Translations under genes and position numbers: made by a program
Part shown: positions 24,795-38,620 of the stretch, in pieces
How positions within the stretch are numbered: position 1 is the first letter of the stretch
Layout: each line of letters opens with the position of its first letter
The notes under the pieces: model-generated
What the model was told of the DNA's origin: nothing
Database searches by the model: none
What the model saw: only the letters and a program-made list of their open reading frames with translations
Assembly: GCA_964016885.1 (NCBI GenBank)
Contig: OZ024759.1
Span: forward strand, 17,856,001-17,920,000
Direction of reading: 5' to 3'
Length of the DNA stretch: 64,000 nucleotides
Source of the DNA: Eledone cirrhosa
Lineage: Eukaryota

Positions 24795-25006
24795 ATAGGA
24801 ACGAGTAGGACCCCAACGGCTGAGCTCAAGCCGTTTCAACAGCTAATTCTGGACAAAAATCTATTTAGTCCAGAATTAGCCGTCGAAACGGCTTGAGCTC
24901 AGCCGTCGGGTTCCTACTCGTTCCTATTACCCACTCTACTACCCTAAGTATTGAGTACTTTGGTGCGTTATGGTCCACCTGGTTCTTTACCACATTTCCT
25001 TTGTTA
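24795..25006 (+). mobile_element. Fold-back PLE pLTR family A (hairpin 24795-24927 plus ~80-nt tail) in (TA)n
   Basis: ATAGGAACGAGTAGGA...TCCTACTCGTTCCTAT; right arm has hammerhead 3' half GAAACGGCT-tgagctc-AGCCGTC. Confidence 0.85.
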
Positions 25007-25159
25007 TATATATATGTATATATTTACACACACACATATATGTATATACATATATACACATTTATTGATATTAGACACTCTACTACCCCATGTATTGAGT
25101 ACTCTGGTAGGTTATCGTCCACCCGGTTTTTTACCAAACCCTATCTGATATATATATAT

Positions 25160-25332
25160 AGACCACACTGTAGATGTGGTTCGTGTTAGGAAGGGCATCC
25201 AGCTGTAGGAAACCCGCCAGACAGTCCTATGCGAGCAAGACAACCACTCTTGCCTCAAGTGGGAAAACTCCCGTCCAAACCCATGCAAGTGTGGAACACG
25301 GACGTTAAACGATGATGATGATGATGATGATG
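25160..25332 (+). mobile_element. RTE family A 3' UTR fragment
   Basis: TTAGGAAGGGCATCCAGCTGTAG...GGACGTTAAACGATGATGAT. Confidence 0.75.
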
Positions 25333-25526
25333 AAATATATATATATATACACACATACATGTATATATACACACATACATTTATATATATATATATATGA
25401 TATATATATATATATATATGATATATATATATATGATATATATATATAATATATATATATATATGATATATATATATATATATATATATATGATATATCT
25501 ATATATATATGATATATCTATATATA

Positions 25527-25985
25527 TTGTATGATGCCTGTGTGAGGAGCGCGAAGCTGCATGGTAGTGAGACATGGGCAGCAACTGCAGAGGATATGCG
25601 ACGGCTGGAGAGAAATGAGGCAAGCATGCTCCGTTGGATGTGCAGTGTAAATGTGCGTGAACGACCCAGCATAAATGTGTTGAGAGAGAGACTGTGTCTG
25701 AGAGGGATAGAATGTAGTGTACGGGAGAGGAGACTGGGGTGGTATGGACATGTGATGCGCATGGAGGATGACCGATGGGTGAAGAAGTGCCAGGAAATGC
25801 CAGTTGTGGTAGAGGTAGACCACAAAAAACATGGGCGGAGGTGGTGAGAACAGACCTCAGATTGCTGAAGCTCACGGTGGAGATGACGAAGGACTGTGAC
25901 GAGTGGAGAGATGCTGTACTGAATAAGACCCGTCCCACCCTTGCAAGCAGGGAAAAGCGGACGTAAAATGATGATGATGATGATA
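25527..25985 (+). mobile_element. RTE LINE family B, 5'-truncated, frameshifted
   Basis: LHGSETWA...RLERNEASMLRWMC...RLGWYGHVMR, GRGRPQKTW; the ORF stop is immediately followed by (GAT)n. Confidence 0.88.
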
Positions 25986-26107
25986 TATATATATATATAT
26001 GATATATATATGATATATATATATATCATATATATATATATATATATATATATCATACATATATATATATATTATATATATATATATATATATCATATAT
26101 ATATATC

Positions 26108-26140
<33 letters not shown>

Positions 26141-26688
26141 CATATATATATATATCATATATATATATATCATATATATATATATTATATATATATATAT
26201 CATATATATATCATATATATATATATCATATATATATATATATATCATATATATATATATCATATATATATATAATATATATATATATCATATATATATA
26301 TATATATCATATATATATATATATATATAGATATATATCATATGTATATATATATCATATATATATATATTTATTATTATTACTATCATATATATATATA
26401 TATCATATATATATATATTTATTATTATTACTATCATATATATATATATATCATATATATATATATCATATATATATATATATATGATATATATATCATA
26501 TATATATATATCATATATATATATATATATATGATATATATATATATATGATATATATCTCTCTCTCTCTCTATATATATATATGATATATATATATGAT
26601 ATATATGATATATATATATATGATATATATATATGATATATATATAGATAATATATATATATATGATATATATATGATATATATATAT

Positions 26689-26728
<40 letters not shown>

Positions 26729-26750
26729 TATATATCATATGTATATATAT

Positions 26751-26784
<34 letters not shown>

Positions 26785-27247
26785 TATATATCATATATAT
26801 ATATATATATATATCATATATATATATATATATATATCATATATATATATGATATATATATATATAATATATATATATATGATATATATATATATATATA
26901 TATGATATATATATATATAATATATATATATATATGATATATATATATAATATATATATATATGATATATATATATATGATATATATATATGATATATAT
27001 ATATAATATATATACATATGATATATATATATGATATATATATATATGATATATATATATATATATATATATATGATATATATATCTATATCTATATATA
27101 TATATATATGATATATGATATATATATATATATGATATATATATATATATATGATATATGATATATATATATATGATATATGATATATATATATATATAT
27201 GATATATATATATATATATTTATACATATGATATATATATATACATA

Positions 27248-27321
<74 letters not shown>

Positions 27322-27596
27322 ATATATATATATATATGATATATATATATACATATGATATATATATATATATATGATATATATATATATATATGATATA
27401 TATATATATTATATATATATGATATATATATATATTAGATATATATATATATATTATATATATATGATATATATATATATTAGATATATATATATATATT
27501 AGATATATATATATATATTATATATATATGATATATATATATGATATATATATATATTATATATATATATTTTTGATATATTATATATATTATATA

Positions 27597-27644
<48 letters not shown>

Positions 27645-27647
27645 TAT

Positions 27648-27679
<32 letters not shown>

Positions 27680-27700
27680 ATATAAATATTATATATATAT
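25986..27700. repeat. 1.7-kb (TA)n array punctuated by TCA or TGA
   Basis: Direct inspection. Confidence 0.9.
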
Positions 27701-27701
27701 C

Positions 27702-28066
27702 ATAAATCATGTCTTTAGAATTATTAGATAAAATATATACTTTTTCTTCTTCCAATTAGCATAATTAACCATATAAAAAATCAATTAGACCAAGCTATAA
27801 GACGAAAGGCTCTTATGAAGAAATCTTCGACAAATAACCGAAAGCGGCCTCTTCGCGGTGGCCCCAATATAGTATATTTATCCAACATTTCGACAGCATG
27901 TAGAAACTGACTAAATATATCATCAATTATTAGATAAAATATATACCGTTTCTTCTTCCAATTAGCATAATTAACCATAATTAACCATTTATATGGTTAA
28001 TTATGCTAATTGGAAGAAGAAACGGTATATATTTTATCTAATAATTCTAAAGACATGATTTATGAT
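27702..28066. mobile_element. TA-adjacent element with inverted (27702-27778 / 27988-28066) and direct (27926-27980) terminal copies
   Basis: TAAATCATGTCTTTAGAATTATTAGATAAAATAT... and its reverse complement; arrangement resembles rearranged pLTRs. Confidence 0.6.
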
Positions 28067-28554
28067 ATATTGCTCTGATTATTTAATTTATTAATTCTTC
28101 ATAGAGCTTAAAAGTGACCAGTTGCAACATATATATCTATAACTTTATATATGTATATGTAAATCTTTATATATATATATATGTATATGTATACATGCGT
28201 GTGTATATATATACATATATACGTGTGTGTGTGTATTTTTTAGTAATTATAAGTACTAGTTCCTCCACATCTAAGATTCCTACTTCCATTGCACTAAATA
28301 ATAGCTTATTTGTTATATTTCAATTATATCAAGAATTATGAAAACCCAAGTTATGTTTGTTTTTTTTTTAGTTTTTGTAGATATGAAGTAATGGGTGGAT
28401 AATTCTGCTTGTAATGGACATTGTTTTGTCATACTAAACATTCTTTTTGTAACTGAGTAATTGTATTTTATATGATGGTGTGTGTTGCTTAGTTTGGGTT
28501 TGTTGTGTTTGCTTGCATTTATTTTGATGTTTAGTGGAATTATAAGAGAAAAAA

Positions 28555-28840
28555 ACTTATATACATTACTGTTATATGTGTATACTTATTACTTATATAC
28601 ATTACTTTTATATGTCTATACTTATTACTTATATATATTACTTCTATATGTCTATACTTATTACTTATATACATTATTTTTATATGTCTTTACTTGTTAC
28701 TTATATACATTATTTTTATATGTCTGTACTTGTTACTTATATACATTACTTCTATATGTCTGTATATAAATTACTTCTATATGTCTATACTTATTACTTA
28801 TATACATTACTTCTATATATCTATATATACATTACTTCTA
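28555..28840. repeat. 36-bp minisatellite, about 7 copies
   Basis: Unit TACTTATATACATTACTTCTATATGTCTATACTTAT; 12-aa periodicity in the ORFs. Confidence 0.85.
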
Positions 28841-28989
28841 TATATCTATATATATATATATATATTACAACTTCTAATATATAAAGAATCTTTCAATCTT
28901 TTTTTTCGAATTTCGAATCTTTGAACATTATCAGTAAAATTATTAGAATATTCTTCAAATATTTATGTTGTTGGACACTATATATCACA

Positions 28990-29684
28990 GGCAGACTGAA
29001 ACACACATACACACACATACTTACACTCACATACTTACATTCACATACACACATTCACACATACATCAACACATAAAAAATATCATAGACTGACTGACAC
29101 ATGCACACTCATGCACGCACACTCATGCACACGCACACGCACACACACACATGCTTTCAAACATACACATGCATTCACACACACACTCATGCATTCCCAC
29201 ACACACATACACACACATCAAAAATATCACTGACAGACTGGCACACACACACATTAAAAAAAATTTCACAGACAGACCGGTGTGCGCACGCACACACATT
29301 CCCACTCACACACACACACACATCCAAAATATCATAGACTACCATCTCACACACACACACACACACATTCACAGTCAGATCGACACATACATAGACAGAC
29401 ACACACACATCAAAAATATCACAGACTGACCAATAACCACACACAGATCCACATACACATCAAGAATATCAGACAGACTGGCGCACACACACACACACAC
29501 ACTCACACACACACACACACACATCAAAAAATCACAGACTGACCAATAAACACACACATATATACACACACACACATTCACCCACACACACATGCACGCA
29601 GACACACATACACTTTAGGAATATCATCAGACAGACTGGCACACACACACACACACACATCAAAAATATCACAGACTGACCAAT

Positions 29685-29752
<68 letters not shown>

Positions 29753-29810
29753 ACGCACACAGACACGCACACACTTCAGGCATATCAGACAGACTGACAC
29801 ACACACACAT
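28990..29810. repeat. (CA)n array with recurring AAAAATATCACAGACTGAC spacers
   Basis: Direct inspection. Confidence 0.85.
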
Positions 29811-30344
29811 CTGTTGAGATGAAGTTCAAATGTTTCTATTTATGTTTATCTTATAAAAAAATAAATTATATAGCCTGAAAAATATATTTCTTTGAAAGAA
29901 ATAATTTGCTCTTATCGTTTTAAAGTTACACTAAGTTGTTTTTTTAAAAAAAAATTGACATTAATTTTTAATATAATTCTTCTGTGTTTTTCTACGAATA
30001 TTCTCTTCATAAATTTACCTTTTTATCATCATCATCATCATCATCATCATCCCATCCCTCCTCCTTATCTTCCAGCTACTCCTCTTCCTTCTCCTTCTCA
30101 TCATCATCATCATCATTGTTTAATGTTCATTTTTCGATGTGGGCATGAGTTGGATGGGTCAGTACTTAATTGGAAATGCTGTTCTCATAGATGTGCAGGC
30201 AGTAGTAAAGGTGGTGGTGGTATTGCTGGGGCTGGTTGGGGGCATGGCTTGCTTACATACATTCTAGTTTTGACTGGGTTTCTACAGCTAGATGCCCTTC
30301 CTAATACTAACCATTTTACAGTGAATATTGAAAGATTTGTGAAA

Positions 30345-30620
30345 GTGTGCGGCCTAGTGGTAAGTGTGTTGGACTTAGGATCATAATGCTGTAGGTTCAA
30401 TTCCTGGATTGGATTGTGTTTTCTGTTCTTGAGTAAAACTTCATTTCACATTGCTCGAGTATATTCAGCTGAAAATGAGCATCTGCTGTAGCTGGGGATT
30501 TAACCCTACTATGGACTGGTTTCCTGGCCTGGAGGAAGTTTTGTACTCTCTTGCTTAACGCCACAGAAACCAGGCTAAACACTAGCCTAATAAGTCTCTG
30601 GGCTTGAGGCAGACTTTGGA
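30345..30620 (+). mobile_element. CORE-type SINE, decayed
   Basis: GGCCTAGTGG, GGTTCAATTCC, CTTGAGTAAAACTTCATTTCACATTGCTC. Confidence 0.65.
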
Positions 30621-30989
30621 TTGAGGGATTTAGTAAATTTATTTGACAGAATCATTAGAGCACCAGACAAAATGATTCTTAGTATTTAGTTATAGCTCTT
30701 TACCTTCTGAGTTCAAATCCTGCCAAACTCAACTTTGAATCATTTTAATAATTATAACTGAAGGAAAAGGAAAAAACAATAAAAATAATGTTTTCTTTAT
30801 TGGCCACAAGGGCTAACACGAAGAAAAACATTACAGACGGTACAGGACAATACAAAGTGGGTTTTGGCCGTGTAAAAAGGTTATAAAAGACAGAAACATG
30901 TAAAATAAATTAAAATTCAAACAACAAAAATTCCCCAATAAGAAAGAAGCTTCCGAGGGTCACTCATGGTGAAAACAACACAATAAAAA

Positions 30990-31315
30990 TAATAATGAAA
31001 TTATTGTGTACAGTGCTCAGGTGTATTACAACTCATCAAAGGTGCATGTATAGTACATAGAATAATTGTTTCTACTTTTGGCACAAGGCCAGCAATTATC
31101 CAGTGCATTACTGGTACTTTATTTTATCGACCCCGTAAGGATGAAAGGCAAAGTCAACCTCGGCGGGATTTGAACTCAGATCGTAAAGGGACGTAACTAT
31201 GCTGGAAAGCATGGCGTCCGACACTCTACCGATACTGCCAATCCACCGAGTACATAGAATAATGTACAAATCTCAGGAAAGTGAAGAGTGTATGAGTCAT
31301 CAAAGACGCTACTTT
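30990..31315 (-). mobile_element. CR1-type LINE 3' UTR interrupted by a SINE
   Basis: Reverse complement of 52860-52948 (CACCTTTGATGAGTTGTA.T.CACCTGA.CACT.TACACAATAATTTCATTATT). Confidence 0.7.
31067..31248 (-). mobile_element. Young Meta-like SINE with 15-bp TSD
   Basis: TSD AGTACATAGAATAAT at 31052-31066 and 31249-31263. Confidence 0.9.
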
Positions 31316-31849
31316 TTTCCTAAAATAAGTCTCAAAAATCTACATGCATCCTGGAGTCCAAAGGTTGTTTATTATTTATTTTTTTAATGTTGGTTGTCAA
31401 AATTAGGGTGCATCCTCGAGGAGGAAGCGTCTTTGGCGCTGGAAAATATGGTATATGTGTGCGTGTGTATGGAGGGGGAGATATCAGGTTTAGTGTTGGC
31501 AAATTTCCGGAACCATGGAGGTTTTAAAGGATACAGTGTCTCGGCAGCTAACAACTGATGCAGGTAGTTTGTTTTATGCTTCAGCAATTCTGAGTGTGAA
31601 AAAATGTTTCCAAAAGTCATGGGAGCTGTGCTGTGTTCTGATTTTGTAAAAAGGTGCTCAGGGTTGTTGTTGGCAAGATAGTTAATAATTTTGTGGGTGT
31701 TTACCAAGTCAGTTGCCAGATGTGTTCAGAGTGTGGTAGCTGTCTGTTGGAGGGTTTGATGTAATTGACTCTCCCTTTCCCCCAAAATTTCTGATCTCGC
31801 GCCTAAATTAGACATCATTAATTATTTCATTATTAATTATTTCATTACT

Positions 31850-32025
31850 GGGCGGTGGATTGGCAGTATCGGTAGAGGGTCGGACGCCATGCTTTCTAGC
31901 ATAGAGTTACGGCCCTTGCCGTTCTGAGTTCAAATCCCGCCGAGGTTAACTTTGCCTTTCATCCTTACTGGGTCGATAAAATAATGCACTGGGTAATTGC
32001 TGGCCTTGTTCCAAAAGTAGAAACA
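31850..32025 (+). mobile_element. Young Meta-like SINE with 18-bp TSD
   Basis: TSD ATTAATTATTTCATTACT at 31832-31849 and 32026-32043; A box TGGCAGTATCGG, B box GTTCAAATCC. Confidence 0.9.
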
Positions 32026-32469
32026 ATTAATTATTTCATTACTAAGATAACTTAATATATGGTTCTCATATAAAATTATCTTGTAAGATTCTTCTTTTAT
32101 TTCACCCACTTATTCCCGGGAGGGCGCTGGGGGCTGAGTCCTCAAGCTCTCCTCCCAGCAGGTCCTGTGAAAGACAACTATCTCCAATTGATCAGACTGG
32201 ATCCCTATGTTGTAAAATTATAATTCAAATATGAACCCTTTAAAATGGGTGGTTATTTTTCATAGAAGCACAACCATATTTGGTAATGGAAGGGTTATTA
32301 CTAGAAATAGGAAGAATTTCATTAGAAATACAGCCATGAAAGGGCTAACACATTTACACCAAAAATACAGTAGGTTTTAATTCAAATAGGGGCTTTTAAA
32401 AATAAATGGGTTTTCTTCATAAGACCAGTGGTAAGGTAATTGAAAGCCTATAAAATTGCAGAGAGACAG

Positions 32470-32572
32470 AGTGAGAATGTGAGTGTGTGTATGCATGTGT
32501 CTGTGTGTAGATGTGTATGTGTGTGCATGTGTATGTGTGTGCATGTGATTGTGTGTGTGCATATGTGCCTGC

Positions 32573-32605
<33 letters not shown>

Positions 32606-32895
32606 TATGGGGCCTGTGTGTATGTGTTTGCGTGTGCATATGGGGCCTGTGTGTATGTGTGTTTGCGTGTGTGTGTGTGTATATATGTGCCTGTGTATAT
32701 GTGTGTTTGCGTGTGCATGCATGTGTATGTGTGTATGAGAATGTGTGTGTGTGTGTGTGTGTATATGTGCCTGTGTATACGTGTGTTTGCGTGTGCATGT
32801 GTGTGTATATGTGTGCCTGTGTATATGTGTGTTTGTGTGTGCATGCATGTGTATGTGTATATGGGAATGTGTGCGCATGTGTGTGTGCAAGTGTC
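32470..32895. repeat. Degenerate (TG)n array
   Basis: Direct inspection. Confidence 0.9.
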
Positions 32896-33734
32896 TGTCT
32901 GCCAAGATCTGCTTTTAAGCTGTCTCTTCCCTCTTCTCTCTTCTCTCTATTATTCAATATAACAAATTCTAAATACTGTTAGATGTTAATTTATTTAACA
33001 AGGTTGAGAATTTGGATGAAATTATTTTCTTATCCTTGTTTATCAGTTCGAATTTTCAAATTTATGGGAGTAATATATGTCTATAATCTATAAATTTGTG
33101 TGGTGAAAAATATCTGATATTAAAATCCAATAAATTTTTTTTTATTTCAATAATTAGAAAAAAAAAAGTTTTTTTATTGATCTGATTATGAATTTAATTT
33201 TCTTTATTTATCTATTATTATTTCATTTATCTATTTATTTATTTATTTTGCTTTAAATTACTCTAAATTTGATTTTGGAATTTAGAATTTTAAGTTGTTA
33301 TTATTATCATTATTATTATTGTTATTATTGTTATTGTCATATGTGTGTGTTTTTTTTTTGTTTTTTTTTTGTTCTATAAATTTTGTTTCACTTTTGAAAG
33401 TTACTAAGTTTTTATCAGTTTGAAATGTGTAACACCTCCGCGCTCCCAACACCATCACTACCACCACTGACTGTCATCTCTTCCCCCCCCCCCTCTCCAT
33501 TTCCACATCAAAATATTAGAAAAACTAATATTGGAACCAAACCATACGTTCCATATCTGGCATAAAGACAATTTCATAGCAAAGAATTTTAAAATCATAA
33601 TCATCATCAACATCATTGTTATTATTCTGTATTCACTTCCCATACTTGCATGTGTTCGATGGCTTACCTATGGTCAGAGAACTAATGGTTAGAGAGATCT
33701 AATCTTGCTCATACATTCCATATATGGCATGCTT

Positions 33735-34410
33735 TCTACGGGTGGATGTACTTTCCAATGCCAACCACTTGACAGGGTGTACAGAGTGCATTTTCTTGTG
33801 ACATCTTACTGAGTGTACTTGAGGCATTTTATCCTAGCACTTTACAGAGTGTACTGTGTGTATTTTGTCGTAGCACTTTACAGAGTGTACTGGGTGTATT
33901 TTGTTGTAGCACTTTACAAAATGTATTTGATGAATTTTATTGCAGCACTTTACAGTGTACTGGGTGTATTTTATTGTAGCACTTTACAGGGTGCACTGGG
34001 TGCATTTTATTGTAACACCTAACAGAGTACTGCGTAAAGTTTATGATGGCCCCTTACAGAGTATACTTGGTGCATTTTATTGTGGCACCTTACAGAGTGT
34101 ACTTGGTGCAATTTATCATGGGATCTTACGAAGTGTTTCCTACAATTAATGATGGCATCTTACAGAGTGTACCAGGTGCAATTTATGATGGCACCTTACA
34201 GAGTGTATTGGGTTGATTTCGTTGTGGAACATGATGGAGTGTACTGGGGGTATTTTGTGGTACTTTACAGAGTACTTGGTGCTATTTATCATGACACCTT
34301 ACAGAGTGTATTGGGTTGATTTCATTGTGGAGCATTATGGAGTGTACTGGGTGTATTTCGTGGTACTTTACAGAGTGTACTAGGTGCACTTTATCATGAC
34401 ACACCTTATA
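33735..34410. repeat. ~36-bp minisatellite grown from an RTE/SINE tail module
   Basis: Unit CTTTACAGAGTGTACTGGGTGTATTTTGTTGTAGCA directly follows TTTCTACGGGTGGATG...CCAATGCCAACCAC. Confidence 0.8.
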
Positions 34411-34446
34411 TAAAGACAGCTTGGTAGTGAAAGAATTTAAATCATC

Positions 34447-34521
<75 letters not shown>

Positions 34522-34524
<3 letters not shown>

Positions 34525-34770
34525 CAAGGCACTTTATTTCACATTGCTCCAGTTTACTCAGCTGTAGAAATGAGATGATAGGGACTGGGGTCCCTATCAT
34601 TCCACTGTAAAGTGGATGTGTAGGCGCCACGGCAAAAAAGCACCCAGCACTCACTGTAAATGAGGTTGGTGTTAGGAAGGGCATCCAGCTGTAGAACTCA
34701 AGCCAGAATCAGTTCCCGTCCCACCCTTGCAAGCAGGGAAAAGTGGACGTAAAATGATGGTGATGATGAT
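34522..34770 (+). mobile_element. 5'-truncated CORE-type SINE
   Basis: Highly similar to 2965-3210. Confidence 0.85.
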
Positions 34771-34785
34771 ATATAAATATATATT

Positions 34786-34820
<35 letters not shown>

Positions 34821-35044
34821 AAAGACAAATCCAACCAAGAGAATAATGACTAAATGAAGTGGTGGAACTGGTAATTTCAATAACAATACAACAGAAACAA
34901 CAAAAATAACCCCCCTCCTCCTTCAAAAAAAGAAATAAACAAAAATCAACAACAACGAATTTATGTAAAATAATGTTTTGACATTTCATAAAAAGAAATC
35001 ATAAATAAGGAAACTTTAGTCTATTTGGTTCCTTCATTTTTATT

Positions 35045-35048
35045 GTCT

Positions 35049-35088
<40 letters not shown>

Positions 35089-35278
35089 TTTCCTCCTTCT
35101 TTCTTTCTTTTTTTCTTTCTTTCTTTCTTTTTTTCTTTCTTTCTTTTTCCTCTTTCTTTCTTTCTTTCTTTTCTCTTTCTTTCTTTCTTTCTTTCTTTCT
35201 ACTCCTCCCCATCTCTTCTACCTTCTCCTTCAGTCTCTTCTACACTTTTGTCTACTACTACGATCACTGCTGCTGCTG

Positions 35279-35315
<37 letters not shown>

Positions 35316-35359
35316 CACTACTGCTGATACTACTACTACTACTGTGATCACTACTGCTG

Positions 35360-35399
<40 letters not shown>

Positions 35400-35660
35400 A
35401 TGTGATCACTACTGCTGCTACTGCTACTACTACTACTACTACTACTAACAACAACAACACCATGATAATTACTTCTTCTACCACCACCACTACCACTACT
35501 ACTACTACTACCACAACAACAACTACTACTACTGTTACTGTGATGCACCTTGAGTGGATAATGACATCCCCCTTCCTCTTCTTCCACCTTGTCTTCTTTA
35601 TCATCGCCATCATCACCACCATCATCATTACCATCATCATTACCATCATCATCATCTTTG
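35045..35660. repeat. Compound microsatellites (CTTT)n, (CTA)n, (CAT)n
   Basis: Direct inspection. Confidence 0.9.
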
Positions 35661-36820
35661 TATGTTTTTTTCTTTGTTTTTTATTTATGTTTCTTTGACT
35701 CCAGCCCCCACCCCATTTTCCTCCTCTGCCACACCCACACCCACAATCAACCCCCGCCCAGCCCCTACTTCTTAAAAATGGTGGTGTAAGAGCATTTTTT
35801 TTTAATTTTCTTTATTTACTCTATGTAAAGTATGTTAAAGGAAATGGACTCGGCTTTTTCTTTTTCTTTTTCCTTTATGAGCTGCAAACAATTGCGATGG
35901 CTTCTTTATAGCGAGCCGGTATAAAAATAGTTCTAGACAACGGATGGCGGTTGATGAAGACAACCGTGATCTTTAAATGGGTTTGAAATTGGTTTACTTT
36001 TATTTTTTTCTGCACTAAAAAAATATTCCGATTTAAACAAAAGATATACAATATAAGCAGCAGCCGAATCAGTCCATTTTTCAAGTTTTTTCTTCATTTT
36101 TTTTTCTATTTTTCTCTACTGAAAAACTGAAGGTAAAAGTACTTTATATGTATCATAACACTAAATCACACACATAACTACTCTACTCTACAAAAAGTTA
36201 ATACACATATACTTGCACAAAGCTGCACTGTACAATACGACACAAACATAGAAGAAAACATAAGAAAGATGAAAATGAAAAAAAATATTACAGTGAAATA
36301 GTTAGAACAAGGAGCCTGGTATTTTGTTAATTGTTTTTTTTTGTTTTTTTTTCTATTGTCTTTAATAAGAATCGGCAAAAAGAAATTCAAATTAAAAAAA
36401 ATATTAATGAAAATAGATTAAAAGTATCATAATGATGAAGTGGTTATTTTTCAAAAGTTTTCAATAGACAATTTATAGAATTGTAAAAAGTACTTCAATG
36501 AATTAAATTTCAACATATTTTAGATGTATTATTAACATTATTATTATTGTTGTTATTGTTGTAATTATTATTGTCATTATCATTATTGTTTTATGGTTGT
36601 TACTATTGTTATTGTTATAATTATTATTTTGAAAACTGAAGAACGTCATTCTTAAATCTTATATTACAACCATGGAGAAAAGAAAAAACAAGAAAGGAAA
36701 TGAAAAGAAAAGAGGAAAAAAAAAAAGCAAACATAAATAATACATAAACAAAAAAAACAAGTCTCATTAATATAATTTTCTGAAATAACAATATAATAGT
36801 AGTAATTAATAATAATAATG

Positions 36821-36854
<34 letters not shown>

Positions 36855-37467
36855 AATAATAGTAATTATTATATATGTGTGTGTGTGTGTAATGATTTTG
36901 TTGTATTAACCCATCAATAAGTTGATTAATCGAGTTAATCAACAAATTAATTGTGAAAGTCCTTTTGTCACAACCTGTGACCTTCTTAATGACTCTTAAA
37001 CTTTGATGATGCATTCATACACACACAGCATATGACAAAATAACATGACAGAACTGCCTGTGGGAATAGAACTATACATCTGTTGTAGAGCAGACAACTT
37101 CAAAGACCATTGCACTAAGATGACCTGACATATTTTTAACCTCAGATTTAGCACTCACGCACACAGACATATATGTGTGTGCGTATGTATGTGTTTACAA
37201 CTGTTTCACTAGACTAAACAGAAATGAAAGAAAGTTCATTCTTGGAAGAATAGCTCATCAGAGTCTAGTCAAATTCAAATAATTAACATTTAATAAACCA
37301 GTGGCAGTGATCTGACTTCCTGAGTGAAGTTGTAAATATATGCGTGTAGGTTGGTGTTCGGTTTGGGGTTTTGTAGACTGATTGGAGAAGTAACTGTCTT
37401 ATTTACATATATATATATACTTCATTTTTGAATTTGTTTTGCAAGATTTCTTATCTGAAAACGTGTG

Positions 37468-37820
37468 TCATCATCATCATCATCATCATCATTTCATTTT
37501 ACGTCCGCTTTTTCCCTGCTTGCAAGGGTGGGACGGGAACTGATGCTGGCTTGATTTCTACAGCTGGATGCCCTTCCTAACACCAACCTCATTTACAGTG
37601 AGTGCTGGGTGCTTTTTTGCCGTGGCACCTCCACGACCACTTTGCAGTGGAATGATAGGGACCCCAGTCCCTATCATCTCATTTCTACAGCTGAGTAAAC
37701 TGAAGCAATGTGAAATAAAGTGTCTTGCTCAAGGAAACAACACATCACCCGGTCTGAGAATTGAACTCACAACCTTTCGATTGCAAGGCCAATGCTCTAA
37801 CCACTAAGCCATGTGCCTCC
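37468..37820 (-). mobile_element. Full-length CORE-type SINE
   Basis: Reverse complement of 2878-3210. Confidence 0.88.
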
Positions 37821-37956
37821 ATTGAGAAACAGATATTGTTATACTTTGGGAGGGTCATGCTGCCAATAAAAACACACACACCTGTTGGTTTTCACTTCAA
37901 TTTATTATAAATTTCCAGTTGGTTGTATAACAATATATATATATAACATTCCACAT

Positions 37957-38175
37957 TTAACCCTTTAGCATTCACATTATTTTATATATACTATTATATT
38001 TTAATGGTAAAGGCTTTACCTGACATAATTATCTCACATAATATTGAATCTACATAATATTCATAATATTGAATATTTGAAAACAATACCTTAACATCAG
38101 TTTGTGCAACCAGTTACAGCCAGTTTCAACAGAAAGAGGTAGAGAATTTTGGCCAGTTTAAACACTAAAGGATTA
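37957..38175 (-). mobile_element. TTAA-CCCTTT piggyBac-like MITE
   Basis: TTAACCCTTTAGCATT...AACACTAAAGGATTAA termini; body is the reverse of 60010-60448. Confidence 0.7.
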
Positions 38176-38435
38176 AAGTAGGTTTCTCACTTTTGTGATA
38201 CGATTTGATTTATGAATTAATATGTTATAGAGAAATTTTTTAGGCTCTGAGGATAATATTGACACACATATTTATTTATTTATAATGGACTAATATCGAT
38301 TTATATTCGATATCTCAACATCGATGTCCACTCTTACTGTGCAATATTTGAAACAACTTATCAGCCATTAAATATATACATGTATTCATAAATCTTTGTT
38401 GTTCTCTCCAGCATTTAAAATATATATATATATAC

Positions 38436-38486
<51 letters not shown>

Positions 38487-38493
38487 AACACAC

Positions 38494-38536
<43 letters not shown>

Positions 38537-38620
38537 TTATACACGCACATATAATATATATATATATATTTACATATACACATATGTGTGTGTATGCACA
38601 TAGATATACACACATATATA

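Noticed and set aside
31384-31750. Possible decayed LINE ORF fragment on the minus strand; similarly 53400-53960 as a retroelement UTR
   Set aside because: Composition suggests TE origin but I could not identify diagnostic motifs
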